The position numbers were made by a program, and so were the translations under genes. The notes under the pieces were generated by a model. It was not told the origin of the DNA and made no database searches. It worked only from the letters and a program-made list of their open reading frames with translations. Positions 38,947-48,908 of a stretch of DNA of 64,000 nt are shown here, piece by piece. Source of the stretch: Promethearchaeota archaeon (GTDB lineage: Archaea > Asgardarchaeota > Lokiarchaeia > Sigyniarchaeales > SOKP01); NCBI GenBank assembly GCA_016839585.1, contig JAEOTZ010000056.1, positions 1 through 64,000 of the forward strand. Direction: 5' to 3'. Numbering within the stretch: the stretch's first letter is position 1; each line of letters opens with the position of its first letter.

Positions 38947-40437
38947 TCAGCTACTGCTAATTCCCTTCAAATAATTACGCTTCTGGAGTAAAATTTGAAT
39001 TTGCTCATCTACACGAGCTAAATCCATTCGTTCAGATATTTTTCCTCCAGATGTTCTTAATTTTTCCCATTTGAGAAAATTTTTTGATAATTCAGTTTGC
39101 TCCTCTTCGATTCGTTTAGTTAATAAATTTAAACCATGTAAATGAGCAATATCTAAAGCTTGTGTTAATAACTCTTGAGCTTCCTTAAATTCAAAAGTCA
39201 CTAACCTTAATTTAGCTTGGATTAAGTGCATTTCGGCAAGGAGCGAAAAAAGTTCTTCATTTTCGGCGATAAACCGAATTTTTTCAATGTAAGGTTGGAC
39301 ATTATCTAATTCTTTTAAATTGCTAGATTTCTTTAGGCGTATTAAATAAAGATCGCATAAATTTATTAAAGCATATAATTGAAACTCTAGAAATTTAGTA
39401 TCCTTATTAGCAACTTCCTTAAAGATTTTTTCTGCTTTTGATTGAGAAATCTCGCGAGAATCTTTTTTTAACAATGCAGCTTCTTGAAGTCGATAAATTA
39501 ACTCATTAAATTTGAAAGTCCCTTGTTTAACAAGTTCTCCCATTCGATCGTGACATTGTTGAGCTTTTTCAAGAGAATTTGATTTTAAATAAGTATCAAA
39601 AAGAGAGGAAATTAAAAGAAAAGTTTTCCAACTATTAATTTTGTAACACAACGATAGTCCTCTTTCTAAATGTTCTATTGCTTGCTTAATTTCTCCCTTT
39701 TCAGTAAGTTCCATTCCTAAAGAGTTATAAGCCCCAATAATTTCTTGTTTATCGTTAAGTTCGATGGCTAGTGCTAAGTATCGTCTTTTATATTCTAAAG
39801 CACGATCACTTTCACCCTTAATACTATATATGATAGATAACCATTTAGTTGTTTGCAGAATTAGCTTTTTATCATTTATCTCTTTAGCAAGTTGAGAAGC
39901 TTCACAAAAAAACATTAAACAATGGGAAATATCACCCCAACTAAAATAACAACAGCCCTTACGTAATAAAACATATCCCTTCATCATTTTGAATTCATGC
40001 GAGGATTTTTGATTGTTCCTTGCAAGCAATTCTTCTGCTTCATTAATCACTTCTAAAGAGTTACTTGGTTCAAGCATACTTCCAAAAATTCGACTCTTCA
40101 ACATAAGAGAACTAATGATTTCGTAATCTGATTTCAATTCTTTACTTTCTTTGTAGGCGAGTTCAGCGTAATTCAAAGCTTCTTTAGTAGATAAAAGATC
40201 AAAAAGAATAGAACTCTTCAAAAAAGAATAATGAAATCTTTCATGAGTAGTTAGATTTCTATTAACATCAAAATTATTTAAAATTTTGAGAGCTTCTTTG
40301 AGTTTCCAATTATTTTTCAGATTTTCTGCCTGTTCTAATTCTTGATTATTAATAATCGGCATCATGGTCAACTCTAACCTCAATTTTGGAGTAAAATTCT
40401 TATTAAGCTTCTCTAAATAAAGACACCTCTTAATCAT
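38947..40437 (-). CDS. tetratricopeptide-repeat protein (Loki-expanded type)
   Basis: TPR-like helices (AYNSLG..L..KGE...AIEHLERGL); C-terminal L..L..AK..L..F.F.EA..LL.QA..IA...GL and ISERMDLA. Start possibly ATG ~40365. Confidence 0.8.
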   Translation of the reverse strand: MIKRCLYLEKLNKNFTPKLRLELTMMPIINNQELEQAENLKNNWKLKEALKILNNFDVNRNLTTHERFHYSFLKSSILFDLLSTKEALNYAELAYKESKELKSDYEIISSLMLKSRIFGSMLEPSNSLEVINEAEELLARNNQKSSHEFKMMKGYVLLRKGCCYFSWGDISHCLMFFCEASQLAKEINDKKLILQTTKWLSIIYSIKGESDRALEYKRRYLALAIELNDKQEIIGAYNSLGMELTEKGEIKQAIEHLERGLSLCYKINSWKTFLLISSLFDTYLKSNSLEKAQQCHDRMGELVKQGTFKFNELIYRLQEAALLKKDSREISQSKAEKIFKEVANKDTKFLEFQLYALINLCDLYLIRLKKSSNLKELDNVQPYIEKIRFIAENEELFSLLAEMHLIQAKLRLVTFEFKEAQELLTQALDIAHLHGLNLLTKRIEEEQTELSKNFLKWEKLRTSGGKISERMDLARVDEQIQILLQKRNYLKGISSS

Positions 40438-41090
40438 TTCTTCATTATTATCTTTTTTTTTAGTTCAAAGAGAGCAGCGAGAGGTAAAGAGATGTCAAAA
40501 TAAACAAAAGCCTCCTCTGTATTTAAATCTTCTTCCATTGCCAACTTTTGCAACTTCAAAATGTATTCGGCATGGATATCCATTAGAGCTTCAGCGCGCT
40601 TTTTATCAAAATAGAACACAACAGGTGCAGGGATAAAGGATAAATATTCATCGTAGATATCTTTAACTTTTTCAGGATCATCCAACTTGCTTTCAAGAAG
40701 ATTCAGCAGTGGATCTAAATAACTCAACAATTTACTGATGTTATAACCTGTTTTTCGATAATGATTAATTACTTTTTTGTAAAAATTCTCCTCTTCTTCC
40801 TCTGCTTTTTTAAATTTTGGGTTAATTCTATAAATTTTTGGAGGAATTCTTCCTTTTATGACATTTTCAGGTGTTCTGCAGAGAAGAAGCCCCTCATTCT
40901 TCATTAGTTTTAGGTGCCTAGCGACCGTTGTTTTCCCTTGTTCTACATAATGAGTAATTTGAGTGACATTCAATTCATTATGTAGTTCAAGGAGAGCCCA
41001 TATATCAGATCTTATTCTGTGTTTAGCTATTAATTGGTCCCATTCTTCTTCAATTACATAAGTATTTTCTACATCTGACGAAATTTTCAT
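40434..41090 (-). CDS. winged-helix (ArsR-like) transcriptional regulator
   Basis: IRSDIWALL..H.ELNVTQI...V.QGKTTVARHLKLM...GL; divergent from the LVIVD gene. Confidence 0.75.
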   Translation of the reverse strand: MKISSDVENTYVIEEEWDQLIAKHRIRSDIWALLELHNELNVTQITHYVEQGKTTVARHLKLMKNEGLLLCRTPENVIKGRIPPKIYRINPKFKKAEEEEENFYKKVINHYRKTGYNISKLLSYLDPLLNLLESKLDDPEKVKDIYDEYLSFIPAPVVFYFDKKRAEALMDIHAEYILKLQKLAMEEDLNTEEAFVYFDISLPLAALFELKKKIIMKK

Positions 41091-41450
41091 ACCCTCTTTA
41101 TAAATTTATTTTGGATATTAATATTACTCTTATTTTATTTTAATGTATAGAATTTTTCACATTTTTCATGATAATTTTACAATATATATACTATGGAATG
41201 TTATTAATTTTTACTTTTATATAATATATATTGATCTTAAATATAAAAATCTGATCGAAATATTTATATGCAATACGTTCTGTTTAATATAATAATGGCA
41301 CGATATTAGGATCAAGTCACAAAAATTTGTATAATCGAACGAAATTAATATAAATTAGTTTCTAAAAAAAAGGCAATTATAATGATTTTAGGAAAAGGAT
41401 TCAAAAAAAAATAAAGAGTTAAATACAGAAAATAAGTAAATGGTGTTTTA

Positions 41451-43241
41451 ATGAATAAAAAAAAAATACTGATTACTACTATAGTAATCCTGACTTTAAG
41501 CACTTTTGTGGATGTTATATTTTGTTCCTCGAATAGTAAAATTGATTTTCACAACAGACAATTGAAAATAGACAAAGATGATATCACAAATCTAAAATCC
41601 TCAACTGTTACTGTTAATACGACCGAAACTGACTTCTGGTATGATGGAGGAACAGCTTTTGGTGTTGATGTATCAGGGGGAAAAGCATATATAGCAGATG
41701 GGTTTGATGGATTAGAGATTATTGCTGTCTCAGATCCATCAGATATTTATGAAGTGAACCAATATCATGATGGGGAGGGAGAAGCTAGGAAGGTCTTAGT
41801 TAGCGGGGATATGGCATACGTCGTAGAAAGATATTATGGAGTTCCGTTTGTTTGGCAAGCTATAGAGTATGTTGATCTTACATATGGAATTTTAGACTAC
41901 CACCTCCAGGCTACTGAAACACGAAATATAGCACTCTCTGGTGACCTCTATGTGGCGAGTTGGCTTTATGGTGTAGAGGTATTTAGGCCCCCTCATCCAA
42001 TATCTTTACCATACCCCCCGTACACGGAGTACCCAAGTATAATTGGTGCTTACTATAACGGTAATAATGCGTCGAGAGATGTAACAATTTCAGATCAATA
42101 CGTCTATGTTGCAGATGGTTTTTATGGTTTAGAAATCTATAATAGAACTGATCAGTCTCTAGTTGGATATTATAATGATGGTGGTGATGCACTTGATATT
42201 TTTATTGTAGGAGATTATGCGTATGTTGGAGAAGGTTCTGATGGATTTGAGATAATTGATATTTCAGATCCTGCCCATCCAGAGGAACTAGGAAATTACA
42301 GTGATGGTGGTTATACATATGATATTTTTGTTGTAGGAGATTATGCGTATGTAGCTGATGGATCTGATGGTTTGGAGATTATTGATATCTCAGTTCCTGC
42401 CCATCCAGTGGAAGTGGGAGGATATTATGACGGCAGTGGAACTGCCTATGAAGTTTTTGTTGTAGGAAATTATGCTTATGTAGCTGATGGGGATGATGGA
42501 TTAGAGGTCATATATATTGATATTGTTGAACATTTTTTAGATGTCACTTCACCTACTGATTCATCATATTGGCAGACAGGTGATAAATATCATATAAATT
42601 GGTATTGGGAAGGTGAAATCAATAATGTAAGGATTACATTACTTAAGGATGGTGCCTATGACCAAACTATCAATGCAAACACTTCTAACGATGGAGATTA
42701 CGAGTGGTCTGTACCTGGGGGGTTAGCTTATTCAAAACAGTATCAAATAAAAATAGAAGACGTTTTAGATCCGAGTGTGTTTGATTTAAGTAGTACCTTT
42801 GAAATATATACCAATACCATTACTGTATTAACACCAGATAGTACCACGTCCTGGGAAGCAGGAAAATCCCAATACATTTACTGGGATTATACCGGCCGTA
42901 TATCTACTGTTGATATCGTTCTGTATGAAGAAGGTAATTATGTGGATACAATTGAAACTTATATTCCGAATGAGGGTTCTTATTATTGGACAATCGATTC
43001 AAGTTTGGATGGTTCTACACGATACCAAATCAAAATCATGGAATCTGGAGATCCTAATATTTATAGCCTAAGCGATTATTTTACTATTGTAGAACCTCCC
43101 ATTCAGAAGACGCCAATCTGGAAAGAAGGGTGGTTTTGGGCTATGATAGGGGCACTAGGCGGGTTAGTTCCCATTACTGCGATTATAGGGTATATAAGAA
43201 AGCGATTAAGGAGAAAAAAAAAGATTAAAAAAGAAATGTGA
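41451..43241 (+). CDS. cell-surface LVIVD-repeat beta-propeller protein with two Kre9/KNH-like Ig domains and a C-terminal TM anchor
   Basis: Signal peptide; repeats V.GDYAYVADG.DGLEIIDISDP..P; two V.SP.....W..G..Y.I.W..G.I..V.I.L..NDG.Y.W.V..YQIKI units; TM plus basic tail. Confidence 0.85.
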   Translation: MNKKKILITTIVILTLSTFVDVIFCSSNSKIDFHNRQLKIDKDDITNLKSSTVTVNTTETDFWYDGGTAFGVDVSGGKAYIADGFDGLEIIAVSDPSDIYEVNQYHDGEGEARKVLVSGDMAYVVERYYGVPFVWQAIEYVDLTYGILDYHLQATETRNIALSGDLYVASWLYGVEVFRPPHPISLPYPPYTEYPSIIGAYYNGNNASRDVTISDQYVYVADGFYGLEIYNRTDQSLVGYYNDGGDALDIFIVGDYAYVGEGSDGFEIIDISDPAHPEELGNYSDGGYTYDIFVVGDYAYVADGSDGLEIIDISVPAHPVEVGGYYDGSGTAYEVFVVGNYAYVADGDDGLEVIYIDIVEHFLDVTSPTDSSYWQTGDKYHINWYWEGEINNVRITLLKDGAYDQTINANTSNDGDYEWSVPGGLAYSKQYQIKIEDVLDPSVFDLSSTFEIYTNTITVLTPDSTTSWEAGKSQYIYWDYTGRISTVDIVLYEEGNYVDTIETYIPNEGSYYWTIDSSLDGSTRYQIKIMESGDPNIYSLSDYFTIVEPPIQKTPIWKEGWFWAMIGALGGLVPITAIIGYIRKRLRRKKKIKKEM

Positions 43242-43270
43242 ATTATTTTTTTTACTTTTATTTTATTTAT

Positions 43271-43350
43271 TTTTTTCTTTCTATTTTTCTTGCAGTTTTT
43301 TAGCTATGTTTTGGGCAAGTTCACATCCAACTATCTCTATTCCGTTAATT
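43271..43350. repeat. repeat A copy 2
   Basis: See 37481-37560. Confidence 0.75.
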
Positions 43351-43375
43351 TCCCACTTAAGCTGTTTTAATTATG

Positions 43376-43440
43376 AATACTATGAATATTGTTCTGCTAA
43401 TTTAGAAGAAGAAGAAAGTTTTGAGAGGTTACGAGCCTAC
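43376..43440 (+). repeat. repeat C copy 1 (other copy 46324-46388); decayed zinc-ribbon gene end
   Basis: Ungapped 65-nt alignment, 52/65 identical by manual count; reads YYEYCSANLEE versus YCESCSANLVE*. Confidence 0.75.
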
Positions 43441-43578
43441 AATAAAAGACTATATGAAGAAGAACAAAAACAGAAAAGTTAAATAATGAACTTATTTTTA
43501 ATTTCATTTTTGTTATTATTTCTGCTAAAGATCCTTTAAGAGATTGGAATTTATTCCCATTAAGGATCCAAAAACGTT

Positions 43579-44115
43579 TCACATTTTAGAGTCGCTCGTA
43601 GGAGGATCTATTTCTACCTTGTTCCGGTTGTATATCTCTGATATGATTTTAAAGAATGATGCTTTTCTTTCTCTAAAATGATCTTTTGTCTCACCCTTAT
43701 GTTTATTTATAGTGAATTTACACTTTTTTGTCTTGTAGTTACCTTTTTTATCCAAAACGAGAGCACGCTTTTTTCTTGCTTTTAGTACTACTTGTACTTG
43801 ACCCGGTTTTTTCGGGATAATATTAGCTACGTCGTGCCATCTTACCCATTTATCTTTTATGCCACTAGCTTCACGAATTTTATCTAAAGCAATGGTGTGA
43901 AGAACCCCAGGAGCTACCGTGAACATACTCCAGGCAAAACCGTTTTCACTTACTATTAAGAAGCCAGTAACTGGGCTGCGGGCAGCACCGCTTTTAGCAC
44001 GCTGGCATGCTGAGGTGATGATTGGATCGCCTATGGGGACATTATTCATTAAGCCTTCATACCTTTTAACTTTATTAGGAGGAACTTCCCAACCTTTTAT
44101 TATTGGAGGAGTCAT
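43579..44115 (-). CDS. hypothetical protein, possibly PH-like fold
   Basis: GFLIVSENGFAW...W.DV..I pattern; basic protein. Confidence 0.6.
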   Translation of the reverse strand: MTPPIIKGWEVPPNKVKRYEGLMNNVPIGDPIITSACQRAKSGAARSPVTGFLIVSENGFAWSMFTVAPGVLHTIALDKIREASGIKDKWVRWHDVANIIPKKPGQVQVVLKARKKRALVLDKKGNYKTKKCKFTINKHKGETKDHFRERKASFFKIISEIYNRNKVEIDPPTSDSKM

Positions 44116-44296
44116 CTTTTTTATGTTCTTTTCGCCAAGAAAGTATATATTATAATATAAAAAGATTTTTACTAATTATTTAAGATTTTATGTTTTCTGT
44201 TCTTCTCTTTTAAACAAAGAAGTAAAATATATTATACTCTTTATTTTTTTCAATATAAATTCAAAATTAAATTAAAAAAAAAAAGAGAAAATTTTA

Positions 44297-46126
44297 TTAT
44301 TTTTTTATTTTCCTGTAAAAGATTATTGATGCAAAACCGATAACCAGGAACGCTGTACTTATTAATACATATAAATCATATCCTGGTATAACTTCATCCT
44401 TATCTGCTTTAGCAGATATTAGATTATATTCAAAGATTACGGTATTTTCATCATTAAGTAGCTGAACGGTCTTATAAATACCGAGAATTTCATCATATGT
44501 GCATTTTATTTGAAAATCTTCAATAGCTGTGCCATTTTGAGTAACAGTTAACCCAGATAATTCAGTTCCGGCGGGATATGAACGTCCTACTAAATAATAA
44601 TAAGCGGGAACTGGTACAAACCACATCCAACTTCCCCAACTTCCATCTTCAGGATCGCAATATAATCCCGTGCCTGTGGTATAACTTGGTTCTGCACTAA
44701 AACTAATAGTAGTCCAATCCCATACATCATAATACACATACCATAAGTTACCATCTAAGGTGATGTCATTGATTTTTCTTTTCATTTTAGCATCAAGCTG
44801 ATTACAATCTGTTCCAAAAAGGGATTGTATATCAATTTCCCAAGAACCTCCAAATACATTTTCCAATTCACCAGTATTCAATTTTGTCACTTTCCATTCG
44901 AATTCACTTCCAACAGGAATTTTAAACTCGAGGAGAATCACTTCAAAGATAGTGTCACCTGCTGAATTTTTAATTTGGAAGAGGTCTGTAACACCAAGAT
45001 TTTCATCATAAGTCCATATAGCTTCATAAGCTTCAACATCAGCATTGGTTTCGGTTACTATATTTCCTGAAGCACTAGTTCCAGCAGAATATGAAAGTTC
45101 CTCTAAAAATGTTACCACAGGGGTAGCAATTAGCCAAACAGATGGATTCCAAAAAAGTCCAGTTGGATCCATAGGCAAACCATAAGTTACATCATCTCTA
45201 TCTGGTAATAGTCCGTGCAATAATTCTTTATCCTTCCAATTCCATCCATCCACAATAATTTGATACCAATCATCGAGACTAGGATAATTTAAAACAGAAA
45301 CTATTTCAAATTTTGATTTATTACCCACTTCAGACGGAGCATTTAACGCCCACCAGCAATAATAGTCTAAAGCTAAATCCCAATCCGATCCAAAAACATC
45401 TTCTAATTCTGCTGTATTTAATTCAGTAACAATCCAGTTATAAGTTTCAATGGGTTGAATTTTTAGCTCAAATCCCCATAATTCGAAAATAACAGTATCA
45501 ACATCGTTTTTAATCACAAAATTCTTGACTATACCAGTATTTTCATCATAAATCCAATTCACTTCGAAATTTCCTATATCAGTTCCAGTGTAATAAACAA
45601 TATTATCATAAATGGAGTATCCCGTGTCATATGATACATTTGCAAGATATATACTTACTGGTCTTCCTATTATCCACACACTGGGATTCCAGAGCTCTCC
45701 CGAGGGATTCATAGGCAGGCTATAACCTTGATCATCTCTTACTGGAGTAGCTCCGAAAGTATTAATTTTGTCTATCCATCCCCATCCATCATAAGTAATT
45801 CGCCACCAATCAGGATAAGAAGGATGATCCGTAATATTAACAATTGCAAATTTGGATTTCTGACCAAGAGCACTCGGTGCTACATCCCCACACCACCACA
45901 TATAATCTCCTACATCAGTTGCCCAATCTCCACCAAACACACTATTTAATTCAGTAGTATCTAATTCTGTACACACGAATTCAAAATAATCATCAATTTC
46001 AAATCCAAGACTGTAATCACCTACAGCATTGGTTTTAGGTGTAGGTGATGCTACTCCTTGGAAGATCACACTAGAAACAAGAAGGTTTAAGAGTACTACA
46101 TAAATTATCCATTTTTTTGATTTCAT
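44297..46126 (-). CDS. secreted protein with three ~175-aa tandem domains and a Loki-CTERM-like anchor
   Basis: Signal peptide; three units TEL.T.EL..VFG..W...G.K.K..I..YDE..G....I.N....IFE; C-terminal IPGY + TM + RKIKK. Confidence 0.8.
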   Translation of the reverse strand: MKSKKWIIYVVLLNLLVSSVIFQGVASPTPKTNAVGDYSLGFEIDDYFEFVCTELDTTELNSVFGGDWATDVGDYMWWCGDVAPSALGQKSKFAIVNITDHPSYPDWWRITYDGWGWIDKINTFGATPVRDDQGYSLPMNPSGELWNPSVWIIGRPVSIYLANVSYDTGYSIYDNIVYYTGTDIGNFEVNWIYDENTGIVKNFVIKNDVDTVIFELWGFELKIQPIETYNWIVTELNTAELEDVFGSDWDLALDYYCWWALNAPSEVGNKSKFEIVSVLNYPSLDDWYQIIVDGWNWKDKELLHGLLPDRDDVTYGLPMDPTGLFWNPSVWLIATPVVTFLEELSYSAGTSASGNIVTETNADVEAYEAIWTYDENLGVTDLFQIKNSAGDTIFEVILLEFKIPVGSEFEWKVTKLNTGELENVFGGSWEIDIQSLFGTDCNQLDAKMKRKINDITLDGNLWYVYYDVWDWTTISFSAEPSYTTGTGLYCDPEDGSWGSWMWFVPVPAYYYLVGRSYPAGTELSGLTVTQNGTAIEDFQIKCTYDEILGIYKTVQLLNDENTVIFEYNLISAKADKDEVIPGYDLYVLISTAFLVIGFASIIFYRKIKK

Positions 46127-46323
46127 AAAAATCGCTTTTTTATTTTATATTATTTAATTTCTTTCAAAAAGTAATTAAATATATATTAGATCTTCAAACG
46201 TATATATTAATATTAATGTTTTTTTTTTTTCTTGAAATAGGTTATTTTTAACTAATGATCGATAACTACACTACTTCAATTTATAAGCTTCGAGTAACTC
46301 CCCGATGATAAGGAGTAATTTGA

Positions 46324-46388
46324 AATATTGTGAATCTTGTTCTGCTAACTTGGTAGAATAAAATGGTTTTGAGAGCTTGCGAGCCTAT
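46324..46388 (+). repeat. repeat C copy 2
   Basis: See 43376-43440; contains (K)YCESCSANLVE*. Confidence 0.75.
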
Positions 46389-46422
46389 ATTAATAAAACT
46401 CTTGATATTTTGAAATTAGGCT

Positions 46423-46749
46423 AATTCAATGCTTAATTTATTAGTGGAGAATTGTATATTTTTATAATATTTAGTGATTATTTATTCTAGCAATCCATAA
46501 AATTATAAATGAAGGTGATTAAAAATTACATTAAAATTTCCAAGTTCTATAATTTGTCCTAGCTGCAACAAGGAAATTAGGTTCGAAAGCGATGAAAAGG
46601 GTTTGCTAAAGACTGCTGATCTTCTTACAATGAGAATAAGGACTCCACTTTATACAGTTCCTGGAAAAATAACAGATGCCCGTGTAGATATAACTATATG
46701 CACTCAATGTAGCACGATAGTTGGACTTGGTAGAAAAATATAAGTTCTG
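46423..46749 (+). repeat. repeat B copy 2
   Basis: See 38181-38507. Confidence 0.9.
46525..46743 (+). CDS. 72-aa C4 zinc-finger protein, copy 2 (probable ATT start)
   Basis: (M)TLKFPSSIICPSCNKEIRFESDEKGLLKTADLLTMRIRTPLYTVPGKITDARVDITICTQCSTIVGLGRKI*. Confidence 0.75.
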   Translation: MTLKFPSSIICPSCNKEIRFESDEKGLLKTADLLTMRIRTPLYTVPGKITDARVDITICTQCSTIVGLGRKI

Positions 46750-47002
46750 CTTAAATTTTATTCAGCTATAATCTAATTTTTTCTTTTTTAATTTCTATTT
46801 CTTCTCCTTCCATTATGGAAAATGGAAATACGCAACTGTAAAATAAAAATTATAAATATAATGTTATTTAGGAGGGTTTAAAAAGCTTTTATTATTTAAT
46901 AGGTATATCTATTATATGAAAAAGAAAAGAATGGTTTTTTTCTAGTTTTATAGGGTTTCTAGAGAAAAAAGAATAACACTAAGATTTCTAGAGAAGGTTG
47001 AG

Positions 47003-47722
47003 ATGAAGAATTTACTTGAATTAAAAAAAATTTATCATTATTATGGGAGTGCAAGGGTGCTTGAAGAACTCAATTTAAAAATTGAAGAGAAATCTCTAAA
47101 TGCTGTTATTGGCCCAAACGGTGTTGGAAAATCAACACTCCTTAAATTAATAATTGGTTTAGAAAAACCTAACAGAGGAAAAATAGAATTTATAGGTAAA
47201 AGAATAGATGGCTTAAAAGCTCATGAAATCACTAAAAAAGGAATCTCACTTTGTCCAGAACGTCGCAGATTATTCTATGATATGACTGTTTTTGAAAATC
47301 TTAAAGTAGGAGGGAAACTAGTAAAAAAAGAAAGCAGGAAAATCTTTAAAGATCAATTAAACTTTGTTTATGAGATATTCCCTCGTCTTAAAGAAAGAAA
47401 AAAACAACGAGCAGGAACCTTAAGCGGGGGTGAACAACAAATGCTTGCGATAAGCCGTACATTAATGTCAAATCCAAAACTACTCTTGTTGGATGAACCT
47501 TCAGTAGGGTTAGCTCCAATTGTAAAAAAAAAGATATATGGTGCAGTTAAAAAAATAAAACAAGAAGGAACAACCACTTTATTGGTTACACAGGATATAA
47601 TTTTTGCAATGCATGTTGCAGATATGATTCATGTACTAGAAGACGGCAAAATTGGAATAAGAGGAACAAAAGAACAATTGGAAAAAGAACCTCGAATAAG
47701 AAAAGTATATCTAGGAATTTAA
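47003..47722 (+). CDS. livF: branched-chain amino acid ABC transporter ATPase, LivF-like (orphan)
   Basis: GPNGVGKST, PERRRLF..MTV.ENL, FPRLKER..Q.AGTLSGGEQQMLAI.R.LM..PKLLLLDEPS.GLAP, YLG. Confidence 0.88.
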   Translation: MKNLLELKKIYHYYGSARVLEELNLKIEEKSLNAVIGPNGVGKSTLLKLIIGLEKPNRGKIEFIGKRIDGLKAHEITKKGISLCPERRRLFYDMTVFENLKVGGKLVKKESRKIFKDQLNFVYEIFPRLKERKKQRAGTLSGGEQQMLAISRTLMSNPKLLLLDEPSVGLAPIVKKKIYGAVKKIKQEGTTTLLVTQDIIFAMHVADMIHVLEDGKIGIRGTKEQLEKEPRIRKVYLGI

Positions 47723-47859
47723 GTGATTTAAAATTTTAAAAATTCTACTATGAAGCTATTAAGCTTCAAAAACAGCGTTATATCTAGGAAGACAATTCCC
47801 TTTAAGAAAATATTTAGGGTAAAAATGTCAAACTCAAAATCATTTGATGTTTTAAGCTA

Positions 47860-48381
47860 TCAATAAGGGAAACGGAATATACTCCATGGACCAAAAAGAG
47901 ACAAGAAGAGTCCTATAAAATTTATAATAATCCCAAGAACTCCAAGAATGCTTCCAGTTTTCTCAACGTCATTATAAGGTTCGAAAAGCTCTGCTTTTGA
48001 ACTATTAACTTTAGCAAAAATGCCCATGATTAGACCCCCCACACGAAATAACAAGATCACGATTGCAATCACTACCATTCTTAAAGTATTATAAGAAGAC
48101 CAATATAAGACCCTATAATAATTATAGCCAATAATCAAGGTTATTATTCCGATGAGGAGTGAGAATATACCCAATCCAAGGCACCATTTTGAATAAGTCC
48201 CTGGGATTCCTATTTGTCTTTGTTGTTTAACTGGTACATAAACTATTTTAGGTACAGTTACATTTGGAATTCTTTCAGTTTTGTAATCAGTTGCTTTAGA
48301 AGTGGTTCGAACTTCAGTTCCACAATTATGACAAAACTTTTGATCTGCTGCTATTTTTTCACCACAATAAGAACAAAACAT
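47860..48381 (-). CDS. zinc-ribbon plus 3-TM (DUF4190-like) membrane protein
   Basis: MFCSYCG......KFCHNCG followed by TM helices; start set at ATG 48381. Confidence 0.75.
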   Translation of the reverse strand: MFCSYCGEKIAADQKFCHNCGTEVRTTSKATDYKTERIPNVTVPKIVYVPVKQQRQIGIPGTYSKWCLGLGIFSLLIGIITLIIGYNYYRVLYWSSYNTLRMVVIAIVILLFRVGGLIMGIFAKVNSSKAELFEPYNDVEKTGSILGVLGIIINFIGLFLSLFGPWSIFRFPY

Positions 48382-48546
48382 ATTTTTTTTTCTATTTGAG
48401 ATTTCTAATGTATAACGCACTTAGTATTAGTTAATAATATTGAACAGCTAGCCTTTTAAACTTTCTCTATCTGTTCATTATATATTTAGAAAACCAATTC
48501 TTTCTACTTGACATCAATAAAAAAATAAAGAAAAAAGAAACTCATT

Positions 48547-48756
48547 CTAAGAATCTTTATTTAAAGTAAAAGTATAGCCTTCGTCTCTTAATATAATCAA
48601 AATTCCCTCTTTTCTAAATTTATGCATTAGCGGTTTAACTTCTTTTAGAGGGATGCCATAATTTTCAGCCATGACTTCAATCATGAATTTAGGAAATTTT
48701 TTATAAGTAAGTTGAAGAAACTGGAGCATTTCTAAAAAGGATTCTGAATAATCCAT
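48547..48756 (-). CDS. small winged-helix-like protein
   Basis: 69 aa; SD GGTGAAGG upstream; MAENYGIPLKEVK..M.KFRKEG.L. Confidence 0.6.
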   Translation of the reverse strand: MDYSESFLEMLQFLQLTYKKFPKFMIEVMAENYGIPLKEVKPLMHKFRKEGILIILRDEGYTFTLNKDS

Positions 48757-48908
48757 TCGAGTACCTTCACCTCATAGATTCTTGAGTTATCATTGAAATT
48801 TATGTACTATTAAAAGTATATAAAGAAAAAACATTGAATCTGGATATAGGTCATATGTCAAATAAAGATGTTAAAATGATTACCCAAGAATAATAAGTAA
48901 ATAATTAA

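Noticed and set aside
42190-42510. CRISPR-like periodic repeats (TTGTAGGAGATTATGCGTATGT)
   Set aside because: They are in-frame LVIVD protein repeats; no cas genes or spacer structure.
43397-43582. 61-aa minus-strand ORF
   Set aside because: Overlaps decayed repeat C, which reads as coding on the + strand, and has no recognisable features; likely spurious or a fragment.
38283-46743. Diversity-generating retroelement TR/VR pair
   Set aside because: Differences are not adenine-specific (C/T and G/C changes, A-variants in both directions), both copies are intact ORFs, and there is no reverse transcriptase in the window.
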